64,000 nt of DNA, taken from contig OZ252239.1 in NCBI GenBank assembly GCA_965249485.1, positions 1,856,001 to 1,920,000 on the forward strand, in the 5' to 3' direction. The notes under the pieces are model-generated. The model was not told the DNA's origin and searched no databases. It saw only the letters and a program-made list of their open reading frames with translations. Below, in pieces: positions 20,462 through 30,929 of this stretch. Numbering within the stretch: position 1 is the stretch's first letter; each line of letters opens with the position of its first letter. The translations under genes and the position numbers were made by a program. The stretch is from a bacterium (GTDB lineage Bacteria; SM23-31).

Positions 20462-20711
20462 CGTAACAGCATTAGCGCACGACCGACTCGACGACATTGA
20501 AATCCTGTACGATATAAAGCGCTCTGTAAACCATATTGACACAAAGCGCACAAGCTTAAAGAGCGCTCTCCAGATATTGTCCGCGCACGAGATACCCGGA
20601 TCCATAGAGCATGATATCGTTTTGTTTTTAAAAATGAGACTCATAACATTGGTTGATAATGCTATAACCGAATCCAAGAAAACAGCGAAACATGCAGTCG
20701 TTAATTTATAA
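20454..20711 (+). CDS. Hypothetical protein
   Basis: GAGG RBS; ATG overlaps the cro stop; 85 aa. Confidence 0.55.
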   Translation: MHNVTALAHDRLDDIEILYDIKRSVNHIDTKRTSLKSALQILSAHEIPGSIEHDIVLFLKMRLITLVDNAITESKKTAKHAVVNL

Positions 20712-20786
20712 CACTATATATTTTTGCCCTGCCTTTGTCATCGTAAATAATTTTTGCCGTTCGTAACAATAGAGAGGTGTTCGTAC

Positions 20787-21197
20787 ATGCCGCAACATAA
20801 TCCCGAAATTGAACCTGTTGATCAGCTTGTTTTCGATTATTTCACGCTGTCTGAGATACGAGAGGATTTCGGAAGGAACGTTCCGGCAATAGACGGTATG
20901 CTCTATTCATCATACCAAAATCGCGTTGAGAGATTGTTCCCGGAAAAAGTGATACAGATGGATGTGTCGCGGTCGTTTGTAGAAGTAGAAATGAATGAGG
21001 CGGTCGAAGACGGCAACACAACACGTGCCCTGCACAAACATGCAGAGGTTGAGGGAAGATTTAGACAATTAATTATTGAAGCGGCATCAAACAATTCTCT
21101 CCACAAACCCACCAAATGGACTGGTGACGAAATGGCAGATTACCCGGTGCTGGTGTTCAGTATGGACAGGGGTATCACCCCGATCGGCATCGGGTAG
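20787..21197 (+). CDS. Hypothetical protein
   Basis: GAGAGG RBS; 136 aa; ends just before the integrase start. Confidence 0.6.
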   Translation: MPQHNPEIEPVDQLVFDYFTLSEIREDFGRNVPAIDGMLYSSYQNRVERLFPEKVIQMDVSRSFVEVEMNEAVEDGNTTRALHKHAEVEGRFRQLIIEAASNNSLHKPTKWTGDEMADYPVLVFSMDRGITPIGIG

Positions 21198-21207
21198 GAT
21201 TTTGATT

Positions 21208-22269
21208 ATGTTACATAAACCAACATCAGTAAGAGTTGTCAAGCGACCAGATAGTAGGTATTATCAGCTTGAATATAAAGACCCAATGACGGGTGAGCGC
21301 AGACGTGAATCTGTGCACACAATCAAAAGGCGTGAAGCAGAAGCAAAGGCAGAATACCTACAGGCACAATTAAATCCCATGACAGTAACTCCACTATCTG
21401 CGGGTATTTTGTTCTCTAATCTCACGAGCGAATACATTGAGCGACACGCACAGATGCGATTAGCAGAAACAACAATTATAGATTATAAGCGAAGAATAGG
21501 TGTCATAAAACCGTATTTCAATGGACAGACAGTACATCTGATTGGCACACCATTTATAATGGATTTAATATTCGATCTAAAACGCACAAAGAATATATCG
21601 AATGCGTCGTGCAACAGGTACATAGCTCTGTTATTGTCAGTGTTCTCCTATGCGATGAAGCGTGGGTACATAGCGCATAATCCTGTCAAGAACATGGATA
21701 AGTTTCCGGAAGATTCAGCGCATCAGCCGTTCAAATATTTTACCGAGTCGGAAGTGTCAAAACTTATTTCGTGTGCCGGTCAGGATTTTAGACCCATCCT
21801 TGCGATGGCGTTCTATACGGGTATGAGGAAGGGTGAGTTGATCGGGCTGCAATGGCAGGATATGGACCTGGAAAGAAATTTTATTCAAGTGTCGCGAAGC
21901 TTTGACAAATCCACGAAAAGTGGTAGGATTCGGCATGTTGGAATACACCCCGAGTTGCGCAATGAACTTGTGGTCCCTGAAGAAAACAGACACGAGAGCA
22001 TTTATGTGTTTCCCAATCCACGTACAGGTGCAATGCGGGATAATTTTAACAAGGCATGGTATGGCGCTATCAGACGATCCGGAATCAAGTACAGACGATT
22101 CCATTGCACGCGCCATACATTTGCAACAAAGTTTCTGAAATCAGGCGGCACAACAGCCGAGCTTAAAGAAATATGCGGATGGAGCTCACAGAAGATGGTT
22201 GACCGTTATTCGCATTTATCAGAAGAACATAAACATCTGCAACAAGCAATAAATAAAATGGAATATTAG
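21208..22269 (+). CDS. Tyrosine recombinase/integrase with N-terminal arm-binding domain
   Basis: TGMRKGEL (R), TKSG (K), FHCTRH (HxxR), CGW (W variant), DRYSH (Y); adjacent to tRNA 3' end. Confidence 0.95.
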   Translation: MLHKPTSVRVVKRPDSRYYQLEYKDPMTGERRRESVHTIKRREAEAKAEYLQAQLNPMTVTPLSAGILFSNLTSEYIERHAQMRLAETTIIDYKRRIGVIKPYFNGQTVHLIGTPFIMDLIFDLKRTKNISNASCNRYIALLLSVFSYAMKRGYIAHNPVKNMDKFPEDSAHQPFKYFTESEVSKLISCAGQDFRPILAMAFYTGMRKGELIGLQWQDMDLERNFIQVSRSFDKSTKSGRIRHVGIHPELRNELVVPEENRHESIYVFPNPRTGAMRDNFNKAWYGAIRRSGIKYRRFHCTRHTFATKFLKSGGTTAELKEICGWSSQKMVDRYSHLSEEHKHLQQAINKMEY

Positions 22270-22270
22270 C

Positions 22271-22292
22271 GCGGAACAAAAGCGGAACCAAA
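22271..22292 (+). repeat. Tandem 11-bp direct repeat, candidate integrase arm-type sites
   Basis: GCGGAACAAAA GCGGAACCAAA between the integrase stop and the tRNA. Confidence 0.55.
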
Positions 22293-22418
22293 TAAACAAA
22301 AAATGCAAAAACACCGTAACAGTTGTCACAATCTTGATACAATTATCGAAAAAAGCAACAGGCTAAGAGGGTGTAATATTCACCGTAACCTATTGCCATG
22401 TAATGAGATAAGACTTTG

Positions 22419-22491
<73 letters not shown>

Positions 22492-22632
22492 ACTAAAACT
22501 CTAAATAATCATGTATGCTATCCTGTTTGATTTTCTTGAGAAAGAATTGGAGCAAAACATATACATCAATGTACATAGTATAGATTTTTTAAGCAAGTAT
22601 TTTGTAATAAAAATCAGGTAATATTATGGAGT

Positions 22633-23304
22633 CTACAGGCCTTTATTATTTTTGTGAAAATCCTGAATTATCCGGACAACGTTTTCCATGTCATCCTCGA
22701 TTGTGAACAGGTCTGTATCTTCCGGAGATATGTTTCCAGCTTTCAGCAGTGAGTTTTCTATCCAGTCCATAGCCCCTTTCCAGAATTCTGATCCAATGAG
22801 TATGACCGGAAATTGTTTCACTTTATTTGTCTGGATGAGTGTGAGCATTTCAAAGACTTCATCGAGTGTTCCGAAACCACCGGGAAACGCCACAAAGGCA
22901 TGGGCGTATTTAACGAACATGACTTTTCTGACGAAAAAATAGCGGAAACTCACCAGTCTATTGATGTATTTGTTCGGTACCTGTTCGAATGGCAGCTCAA
23001 TATTGCAGCCAACGGAAATGCCGTCCGCCTCGAATGCGCCCCGGTTTGCACCTTCCATAATTCCGCCGCCCCCACCTGTAATAACGCAAAACTTTTCACG
23101 TACAAGTAATTTTCCAAGTTCGCATGCTTTTTGATAGTAGGGGTCGGATTCCTGTGTGCGCGCAGAACCCCATACGGTGACTGCAGGCGGAAGGTTATTT
23201 AAATCTTCAAATCCTTCAACAAATTCAGATATGATTCTGAAAACTCTCCAGGCGTCATCAAGTTTGTAGATGTGGTCAAATGCTTTGTCGAGTGTGTGTG
23301 CCAT
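22633..23304 (-). CDS. LOG family (TIGR00730-type) nucleotide phosphoribohydrolase
   Basis: TGGGGGIMEG, PGGFGTLDE. Confidence 0.92.
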   Translation of the reverse strand: MAHTLDKAFDHIYKLDDAWRVFRIISEFVEGFEDLNNLPPAVTVWGSARTQESDPYYQKACELGKLLVREKFCVITGGGGGIMEGANRGAFEADGISVGCNIELPFEQVPNKYINRLVSFRYFFVRKVMFVKYAHAFVAFPGGFGTLDEVFEMLTLIQTNKVKQFPVILIGSEFWKGAMDWIENSLLKAGNISPEDTDLFTIEDDMENVVRIIQDFHKNNKGL

Positions 23305-23375
23305 TTTCACGTTTTCCTGTAGGGTGATTTTCGGTTAACAGTCCGTTTATAATTATGTGCTTTGATTTATTTCGG

Positions 23376-24323
23376 TTATCCATGCATGGGGACGAGTGGT
23401 TTAATGCTGAGCACTGGACAAGGTGCATACCGTACAATTCGTGCGGTTGTACTGCCAAGCAGCATGTGTTTTATGCCGGAATGTCCATTTGTTGCTATAA
23501 CGATCAGGTCAATCGCCAGTTTTTTTGCATATTCTACAATATCAGCGTGAGGTGCAAATCCAGTAATAACTTCCTGATTGATTTCGATACCGCTGTTTTC
23601 AGTTTCTTTGTTTAAAGTGTCAAATAGATCATACGCACTGTTTTCAACCTTTTCAAATAGTCTGTCATCCGGGAAATGGGAGGTAGGATTAGCGGGATCG
23701 TTGACTAACGGTTCAACAACATATACTTGATACAGTTTTGCTTTAAACTTTCTTACTATGTTCAGCGCAAATGGTAGTGCGAGAAATGAATTTTCGGAAA
23801 AATCGGTTGTAAAGAGAATGTTTTTGATTTTCTTTCTTTTTGGATTCTCGCGCAGTGTTATAACAGGACAGGGGGCAGTTCGCACGATTTTTTCTGCAAC
23901 ACTACCCATTATAGTATGGTCAATTCCTTGCCTGCCATGTGTACCCATAACAATGAGATCTGCACAGATATCCCTCGCATGTTCGTTAATTGATTCAACG
24001 ATATTACCCTGCTTCACAACTTCAGAAATAGACACATGTTTTCGATCATCATCCGAAAACAGTTTGTCCATATAATTTTTAACATTGCCAATAACCTGTT
24101 CATTCAGCGATGTTAGAGAAATGTTATCAAATAATGCAGGTAATCCCACCGCTATGTTTTTCATTATATGAATAGCGGACAACTCTGCACTATACTGTTT
24201 TGCAAATGATAAAGAGAACTGCCGGGGAGCCTCGGAACAAACTAAAAAATCAGTTGGAAAGAGTATTTTTTTAACATGAAAAGAATCCTTTAACAGTGCA
24301 TCGTTTATCAAATCGTGTTCCAT
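23376..24323 (-). CDS. Universal stress protein (two USP domains)
   Basis: KILFPTDF..GTHGRQG..GSVAEKIVRTAPCPV, occurring twice. Confidence 0.92.
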   Translation of the reverse strand: MEHDLINDALLKDSFHVKKILFPTDFLVCSEAPRQFSLSFAKQYSAELSAIHIMKNIAVGLPALFDNISLTSLNEQVIGNVKNYMDKLFSDDDRKHVSISEVVKQGNIVESINEHARDICADLIVMGTHGRQGIDHTIMGSVAEKIVRTAPCPVITLRENPKRKKIKNILFTTDFSENSFLALPFALNIVRKFKAKLYQVYVVEPLVNDPANPTSHFPDDRLFEKVENSAYDLFDTLNKETENSGIEINQEVITGFAPHADIVEYAKKLAIDLIVIATNGHSGIKHMLLGSTTARIVRYAPCPVLSIKPLVPMHG

Positions 24324-24405
24324 ATTTTACTCCAGTACCTATTACTATTATTGTACGAATACCACTATGTAAATGTTGCAAAACCATAGTAATGACAGGG
24401 GAATC

Positions 24406-26220
24406 TTATGAATCTATACTTTCGTCATTTGTTTCAATTTCTTTTGGAAGATTAATTATGACAGTCGTTCCGTGACTTGGCGTGCTGATAATATCGATAC
24501 TTCCATAATGCATTTCGATAATTTGTTTTGTGACTGGTAATCCCAGGCCGGTGCCCTTTGTTTTGGATGTGTAAAAATAATCAAATACATTCGGCATATT
24601 ACTCGAGTCTATGCCAACACCGGAATCTTCGAATATAACTTTTACATACGTTTGTTTTCGCCAGTTAGGCTGGGCATCTGTAACGGAAATTTTAAGTTTT
24701 CCTCCATCGAGCATTGCTTGAAAAGAGTTAAGAATAATATTCAAAAATGCCTGTTTTAGTTTGCCCTGATCACCCACAATATTTGGAGACTCCAATTCCG
24801 ATCTTCTCTCGATTTTAATATGCTGTTTTACTGCTTTAGCGTGATTTGCCAGGATTAATTCATCCAATAGAACATCGATATCGATTGATTCCGATTTAAA
24901 TTCTTGCGGCCGGGAAATGCTGAGGTAATTTTCAATTAAATCGTCAATCCTCCGGATTTCCGAGTCTATTATTTCAAGATACTGTTCAAGCCGCTTTTTA
25001 TTCTCCTTTTTCCCCAAGCCTCTCTTGAGGACCTGCATATTAATGACTATCGAGTTAAACGGATTGCGAATCTCATGCGCGATTACAGATGCAAATTTGC
25101 TCACTGTAGCGAGCTGTTCGGCCATTTGGAGTTTACTCTGGGTTTTTTCGAGGTTTTCGGCCATCATATTAAATTCTTTTGCAAGTGTAGCAAGCTCATC
25201 CGTACGCGGTATGGTGATACGGCTGTGGAGCGCCCCTTTCGATACATTCTGTACACCCTCAACCAAACTTTTCAATGGCTGAACGAGATTTCTGGTGATA
25301 ACTATGCCCAGAACAGATGCAAGAATAATACTGCCGATTATTATAAAAATTAGCCGAGTTAAAATTTCTCTTGATACAGCAAGCGCAACGGCTTCGTTCT
25401 GAGCAACGACAACTCCCCAATAAAGTTCCGGAACCGGGATATATGCACAAATCAACCGGGTATTTTCAATAAATGGGTCATCATAAAAATCTGTGCCGTT
25501 TTGTCCGTTCAGAAGATTCTGAATAAAAGGAAATGATGAAAGATTTTCATTGCCATATACAAGACGGCGGTTTGGGTGTGCAATGATTTCCCCCCGGCTT
25601 GAAACGATATAGACCTGACCACCTGTCAGTTGAGCCGAGAGGCTGTCAACAAGGTCCCAGATAAAACCTACATCTATTTCCGCAGCTAAAGTGCCAACAA
25701 AATTTTCATACTGCAGAATAGGTATTGAAACAGTGATCACCGGACGATCTTCAATGATTTCTACCGGTGCTATGTTTCGACTTAACAGGTCTCTGTCTAT
25801 TTCAACCGGAGTGTATTGCAGTGTCGTATCCCGAGCTGCAAAATCGGTAGTAGCAATGACGGCTTGTGTTGAATCGGAAATATATAGTTTTCGGTAAAAA
25901 TCATTGTTAATTTTCAGCATGTCCAGAATCTTTTCCTGATTGAACGGCTGCATCAGGTAGACATCCTGGATCTCAGTAGCAAATGTAAGAGAATTAAATG
26001 TGTTTTCGACAAAATATGTAATCTGAGAAGCAGAACGTTTGGCAATTTCAAGCTGTTTTTCCTGCGTTGACAGTCGAATAAACTCTTCGGTTTCATTCAG
26101 TAGAAAAAATCCGACTGACGCTATAGCTATTGTCGCAAAGACAATATGAGATAATATGAATTGCGATGCAATCCGGTTAAATATTCTGTTGCGAAGTATA
26201 TTTTTGAAAATTTTCAGCAT
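24406..26220 (-). CDS. Membrane sensor histidine kinase (Cache-HAMP-HisKA-HATPase)
   Basis: Two TM helices, HAMP (DELATLAKEFNMM), AHEIRNP, DSGVGI, GTGLGL. Confidence 0.9.
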   Translation of the reverse strand: MLKIFKNILRNRIFNRIASQFILSHIVFATIAIASVGFFLLNETEEFIRLSTQEKQLEIAKRSASQITYFVENTFNSLTFATEIQDVYLMQPFNQEKILDMLKINNDFYRKLYISDSTQAVIATTDFAARDTTLQYTPVEIDRDLLSRNIAPVEIIEDRPVITVSIPILQYENFVGTLAAEIDVGFIWDLVDSLSAQLTGGQVYIVSSRGEIIAHPNRRLVYGNENLSSFPFIQNLLNGQNGTDFYDDPFIENTRLICAYIPVPELYWGVVVAQNEAVALAVSREILTRLIFIIIGSIILASVLGIVITRNLVQPLKSLVEGVQNVSKGALHSRITIPRTDELATLAKEFNMMAENLEKTQSKLQMAEQLATVSKFASVIAHEIRNPFNSIVINMQVLKRGLGKKENKKRLEQYLEIIDSEIRRIDDLIENYLSISRPQEFKSESIDIDVLLDELILANHAKAVKQHIKIERRSELESPNIVGDQGKLKQAFLNIILNSFQAMLDGGKLKISVTDAQPNWRKQTYVKVIFEDSGVGIDSSNMPNVFDYFYTSKTKGTGLGLPVTKQIIEMHYGSIDIISTPSHGTTVIINLPKEIETNDESIDS

Positions 26221-26226
26221 AATATT

Positions 26227-27879
26227 TTATGGAATGTTGCGAGGTGCCCACTCTGACAGCTCATTCAACCTACCGCCGGTTGTAAATAGAGTTACATTTT
26301 TACTGTTGATGGCATAATAATTATGATGCTGATATGTCAACACTGTCCCGGTTGCAGCTCTTCTGTACAAATCCTGAATACGGTGAAATATTGCCGTTGC
26401 ATCATCCTGCTTCGGCAGCCGCATCGCTCTTAGAAGTTGGCGAATAGCTTCGGGATTATTTGTTCCGAGTCTATTTCTGTGGAACGTACTTTCGAAAAAG
26501 AGAAAATAGTCTGCAAAACTCCTGATAATATCCTGAGGGTAGTAGTGAAAAAAATCAAGTGATATCTGGTAGTTTCCTTGGCTGATTCGTTCCAGTAATT
26601 CTATTTGTGGCAACGGCTGTGCTTCAATTGCCACACCAATCTCACTGAGATTTAAACGAATATTCTGAATCAAATTCTCGATGTATCTATCGTTGTTCGG
26701 ATAAATCAACTCCATTATAAAATCATTCCCATTTCTCTCAACAATTCCATCACCATTCGAGTCGCGCCATCCGCTTTTTTCAAGATCACTTCGTGCCGCG
26801 AGTGGATTATAATAAACTCGTTCCAAATTTTCAAAGAATGCAGGGGAGGTATTCGGTAATGGGCCGTATGAAATTGATCGGATGTTGAACTGTTCACTCG
26901 ATAGAGTATATGTGGGTTTATTTAATGATTTAAGAATTGCTTCACGGACAGGACGTGCCGTTAAATTAGAATATCCATTATTAAGGTTAAGTGTATAGGT
27001 AGTATTTGGAAATGCAGGAGTAGAAATAATTTGAAATGAAGTGTCGGTACTGCTGATTTCTCTCAGGTCACCACTATTAATTATCCGGACAAAATCAAGT
27101 TCACCCGTAATGAAGTCAGATTTTAACTGGTTTGTCGATTCGTATAGGTGCAGCTCAATTTTAGCATATTCCGCAGGCCCATTATAATGGTCAAAATACC
27201 GCTCAAGTGTTATAATTGATCCATAACTAAACTGCCCGACACTGTAAGGCCCAATACCCATCGATTTTTTTTCTGCAATATTACTGATAGTCTGCTCGAT
27301 TGTTTCCCCCTCGTAGTATGCACGGGATAATACCGGTATATCACTCAGCAAAAACGGGAGGTCTTCAATCGTGTCCTGCAGATGAATCTGGACGTGCCGT
27401 GTGCCTATAATCCTTATGTCGTTGAGTTTTTCAAGATGAGGATTATAAGGAAGATTTTGTTTTCTGGTATATTGTTTATAAAATAATATACTGAATGCAA
27501 TATCTTCAGGTTTGAGTGATGACCCATCCTGAAAAGTTATACCGTCCCTAACGCTGAGAATCCATATTCTGGGGTCGGGTGAAACTTCACCCCAATATTC
27601 TACAATTCCTGGAATTAGTGATTGTTCATAGGGATCGTAATAAAAGAGCGGTACACCGAAAATAAGACGTTGGAGGATCTGTTCATTTGATGATCCATGT
27701 GCAACAGGATGAAGTGATTGAAATGATTGAGTAAGATCTCCCCATTTGAGAGTGGGAGGAGATTGATTTTGATACGCGAATCCAAGGCTGGCATTCATGC
27801 AAACAATCAAAACAATGATCTGAAATATCCGCGTCAATGTTCTAAGTAGAATATTCATAATTCTGAAATCAGTCGGCAC
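26227..27879 (-). CDS. ABC transporter substrate-binding protein, family 5
   Basis: RDGITFQDGS.LKPEDIAFS, GIGPY, GWRDSNGDGI. Confidence 0.85.
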   Translation of the reverse strand: MPTDFRIMNILLRTLTRIFQIIVLIVCMNASLGFAYQNQSPPTLKWGDLTQSFQSLHPVAHGSSNEQILQRLIFGVPLFYYDPYEQSLIPGIVEYWGEVSPDPRIWILSVRDGITFQDGSSLKPEDIAFSILFYKQYTRKQNLPYNPHLEKLNDIRIIGTRHVQIHLQDTIEDLPFLLSDIPVLSRAYYEGETIEQTISNIAEKKSMGIGPYSVGQFSYGSIITLERYFDHYNGPAEYAKIELHLYESTNQLKSDFITGELDFVRIINSGDLREISSTDTSFQIISTPAFPNTTYTLNLNNGYSNLTARPVREAILKSLNKPTYTLSSEQFNIRSISYGPLPNTSPAFFENLERVYYNPLAARSDLEKSGWRDSNGDGIVERNGNDFIMELIYPNNDRYIENLIQNIRLNLSEIGVAIEAQPLPQIELLERISQGNYQISLDFFHYYPQDIIRSFADYFLFFESTFHRNRLGTNNPEAIRQLLRAMRLPKQDDATAIFHRIQDLYRRAATGTVLTYQHHNYYAINSKNVTLFTTGGRLNELSEWAPRNIP

Positions 27880-28150
27880 GAAGAATTGAGCACATTAGTT
27901 GCATTACAGATTTCAAGACAAAATATAAGTTTACAAATAAAACAAAAAAAATGCAATCTAATTTGGATTGTTATAAATGCTCCTGCTAATATACCACAAC
28001 GTGTGCGAACCATGCAGACAGTCTTTAAGTTGTTGCTGTATTTATCATGCGAGTTTCAATATGAATAGTATAAAATTGTGGAAAAAAATCCAAAATGAAA
28101 TATCTCTGAACATCATGGATGTTGCGAGAATATTGAAATCTATTAATTAT

Positions 28151-28835
28151 TTAAAAGGATAATTTATTTGTTTTTTCGTGAAGTTTCCGGAAAGTTTCCA
28201 GCTCATCTTCTTTCGAAGGTGGATTGACAATACGGTCTGGTTGGTTAAGTGAGCTTGTTGAAGCATATGTTGCTTCATTGAGAAGGTGAGTAGGTGATTC
28301 TGTTGCAGGAGAATCAAGATTGTTTTCCTGTCAGGTTTTGTGAAGTATGTGTTTCGGAATGTACAGATGAAAAGAAATTTGGGTTGGAATAGGAACGTTG
28401 CAGTATGTCGCTTGGAATTCCATCCGATCTCGTCTCTAAAGATTCAACATTTGCAGCTTTTTTAGTTTTCCGTGGCTCTGTGTGCACCATGCATTTATTC
28501 CACTCTTGTGTTTCATGCTGCACAGGCTTGACAGTTTTATTGCGGTCTGTCGCAGATATTATTTCATATGATAAGTGATGTGTATAACCCGAAAGGTTAT
28601 ATTCGATCAGTTTTTGCAGTTCAATTTTGACCGATTTCAGAATAAGATGGGTCTCACTGATATTGGAAATTTCATCCATTGATTTTCCATCGGATGATTC
28701 TTGAGTCGCACGGCGATCATGCCGCATGGTTACATGAAAATGCTTACTTCCGGTATAATGGGAAGCACTGCTGCCAAATAGTTCAGACTGTCCGACATGA
28801 ATGACCGAATCGTTATTGTTGTGTTCGCTGTCCAT
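28151..28835 (-). pseudogene. Hypothetical low-complexity protein, probably frameshifted near its 3' end
   Basis: ORF 28835-28314 continues in another frame (QENNLDSPATE...KLHEKTNKLSF*) to 28151. Confidence 0.4.
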
Positions 28836-28873
28836 GAACTATGTTGCTCTTGTGTACCGGATAAAGCAATGAG

Positions 28874-30604
28874 TTACGATATTTTACTGATTTTTTTGAA
28901 AAAACTCCGTGCGTATGCATCCAGATTATCATCGGCGTTCTGTTTAACCACAGGTTTCGATTCAAGTACAGGACTTTTATCCGGTGTCTCGGAAGATTGA
29001 ACAGGTGGTTTTTCCTGTTGTGTTATTGGTAAAGATTCGTGTTCAATTGTTTTCTGAGCAGGATTCTGTTCCTGAACCGGCATATCTTGTTTTTCGGTTT
29101 CTGAACTCTTGAGATTCTGCTGAGATTCCTCATAGACATTTAAGAGAGCATTATATTCATTTTGCAGGTCTTCCAAAATTGCCTTTTCCTGAACGGGTGC
29201 AGTCCCTTGTATCTCAAGCTCCTCACGTTGTTTTCTCTCTTCTGCAAGTTGTGTCTCAGTTATAGATAGTTTCTCCTGCAGCTGCTTCATTTGATTTATC
29301 AGAGAATTTTGTGTGCTCCGGACTTTATCATTTATGGTATCTATTGTGCTCTTATAATGGTTTTCCATATCTGCTTTTTCACGTTCAATACGCTCATGCA
29401 ATTGTTTTTCAAATGCAGCCTTAGCAGTACTTCTTTCTTTCTCGATTTTACTGAGGAATGATTTTTCTTTCTCAGCAATCTCCTTTTCAAGTATACCAAT
29501 TTTTTGATTCAATGATTGGTTGTCGCTCTGTAAGGCATCCGTTTTCTCCAGGATTTCCTTGATTGCTTTCGTCCTTGCCTTATCAGATTCTTCAAGTTTT
29601 AACTTCTGATTGTGTATGACTTTTTCTTTTTCGAATAGTGTTTCTGTGTGAGTTTTGTTCTCCAAGGTGTATTTTAGAGCTTGATGCTTGATGTTGTCAC
29701 TCGATTGGTTCAGCTTTTTGTGGACACTTTCAATTTCTCTCTGTAATTCAATATTTTTCTTGGTTAGATTTTCAATTTGTTCATCTTTACCTTTTAACGA
29801 GAGAGCACTCTGATTGTGTGTGCTCTCAAGCGACACAAGTTTTGTTTTGATGTCCGACATTTCCTGAATATGGAGGTCTCGGTGAACCTGAAGGTCTTTT
29901 TCCTTCCGTTCAACTGATTTATTAGATTTTGAAACAGTAACCTGAGCATATTGCAGTTGATTTTTGAGATCGATATTTTCCTTTTTCAGTAGTTGAAATT
30001 CATCTTGAAACGTGCTCGGTTCCGAAAGAATAGAACTTGTTTTTCTGAGTGTCCAAAGCCAATATCCCAGAGCTGCATTACCGGTAAGGGATAGCACAAA
30101 CAGAAAGATAAAAAATCCTGATGCGCCGGCTGAACCGTCGCCTTCACTATCCTCAAGATTTATATATTCCGGTTCCCGATCACGGGTAAATTCGGGTCCT
30201 TCATCCTGAGGAGCGGATTGCACCGTTACCGTTTGCATTGTTCCTGATTGATGGAGAACGGATGTTACATCCGGAAGCCGGGAAAGTGAAGCGTTCGGAA
30301 CCACATAATCGCTGAAAATCCACCCTGTGTCGTTTTCTGACGTAGCTATTAGCATCCACTGCGGAACTTCGTCGATAACCGTGACCACAGTACCCTCGTC
30401 GAAAACAGTCAATATGGTGCTGCGTATGGAAGGTGTCTCTCTGAGATTGACCCGTTGCAACGTAAATGAATTCCAGACCTCTTCAGATGTCTGAGCAAAT
30501 ACTGGAACATAATGTATGGAAATAGAAAGGAGAAAAAAGAGTGTAAGTATACTTACAACAATAGTATACCTGAACAAACCACGGACGGAATTGTTCATAG
30601 TCAT
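28874..30604 (-). CDS. SH3b-domain membrane protein with long cytoplasmic coiled coil
   Basis: Signal peptide, VNLRETPS..GWIFSDYV, TM helix, heptad-rich C-terminus. Confidence 0.75.
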   Translation of the reverse strand: MTMNNSVRGLFRYTIVVSILTLFFLLSISIHYVPVFAQTSEEVWNSFTLQRVNLRETPSIRSTILTVFDEGTVVTVIDEVPQWMLIATSENDTGWIFSDYVVPNASLSRLPDVTSVLHQSGTMQTVTVQSAPQDEGPEFTRDREPEYINLEDSEGDGSAGASGFFIFLFVLSLTGNAALGYWLWTLRKTSSILSEPSTFQDEFQLLKKENIDLKNQLQYAQVTVSKSNKSVERKEKDLQVHRDLHIQEMSDIKTKLVSLESTHNQSALSLKGKDEQIENLTKKNIELQREIESVHKKLNQSSDNIKHQALKYTLENKTHTETLFEKEKVIHNQKLKLEESDKARTKAIKEILEKTDALQSDNQSLNQKIGILEKEIAEKEKSFLSKIEKERSTAKAAFEKQLHERIEREKADMENHYKSTIDTINDKVRSTQNSLINQMKQLQEKLSITETQLAEERKQREELEIQGTAPVQEKAILEDLQNEYNALLNVYEESQQNLKSSETEKQDMPVQEQNPAQKTIEHESLPITQQEKPPVQSSETPDKSPVLESKPVVKQNADDNLDAYARSFFKKISKIS

Positions 30605-30929
30605 CCCCGTTTTTAAATAAACCCTAATTTACCATTACTGCAATAAAACTAAGCCCACGTAAATATATCGGTAAATTCATAGTATAGCAAGCAAAATATT
30701 CTATTTAACTTATGAATTTACAAGATGATACTTGTTTTATATTGTAGCCGCTCTTTTTTAATATATTTATACCCACAAAAAATAAATGGAATTATTTAAT
30801 CGTAATTTTGGTATAGTATATATATTCTTAATTCCAGATTCCAGCTTTTTAAACTCATAACGATAAACACTATTCTACAACACAATATTATTTCGGTTTT
30901 ATTTTTATAAAACTTAAAGGGAAAATTAT

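Larger units (their letters stand above)
1..22418. mobile_element. Genomic island integrated at tRNA-Phe (left boundary not seen)
   Basis: Integrase and cI/cro next to the tRNA 3' end; mosaic composition, duplications and remnants; no duplicated tRNA-Phe 3' end found in the window. Confidence 0.65.
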
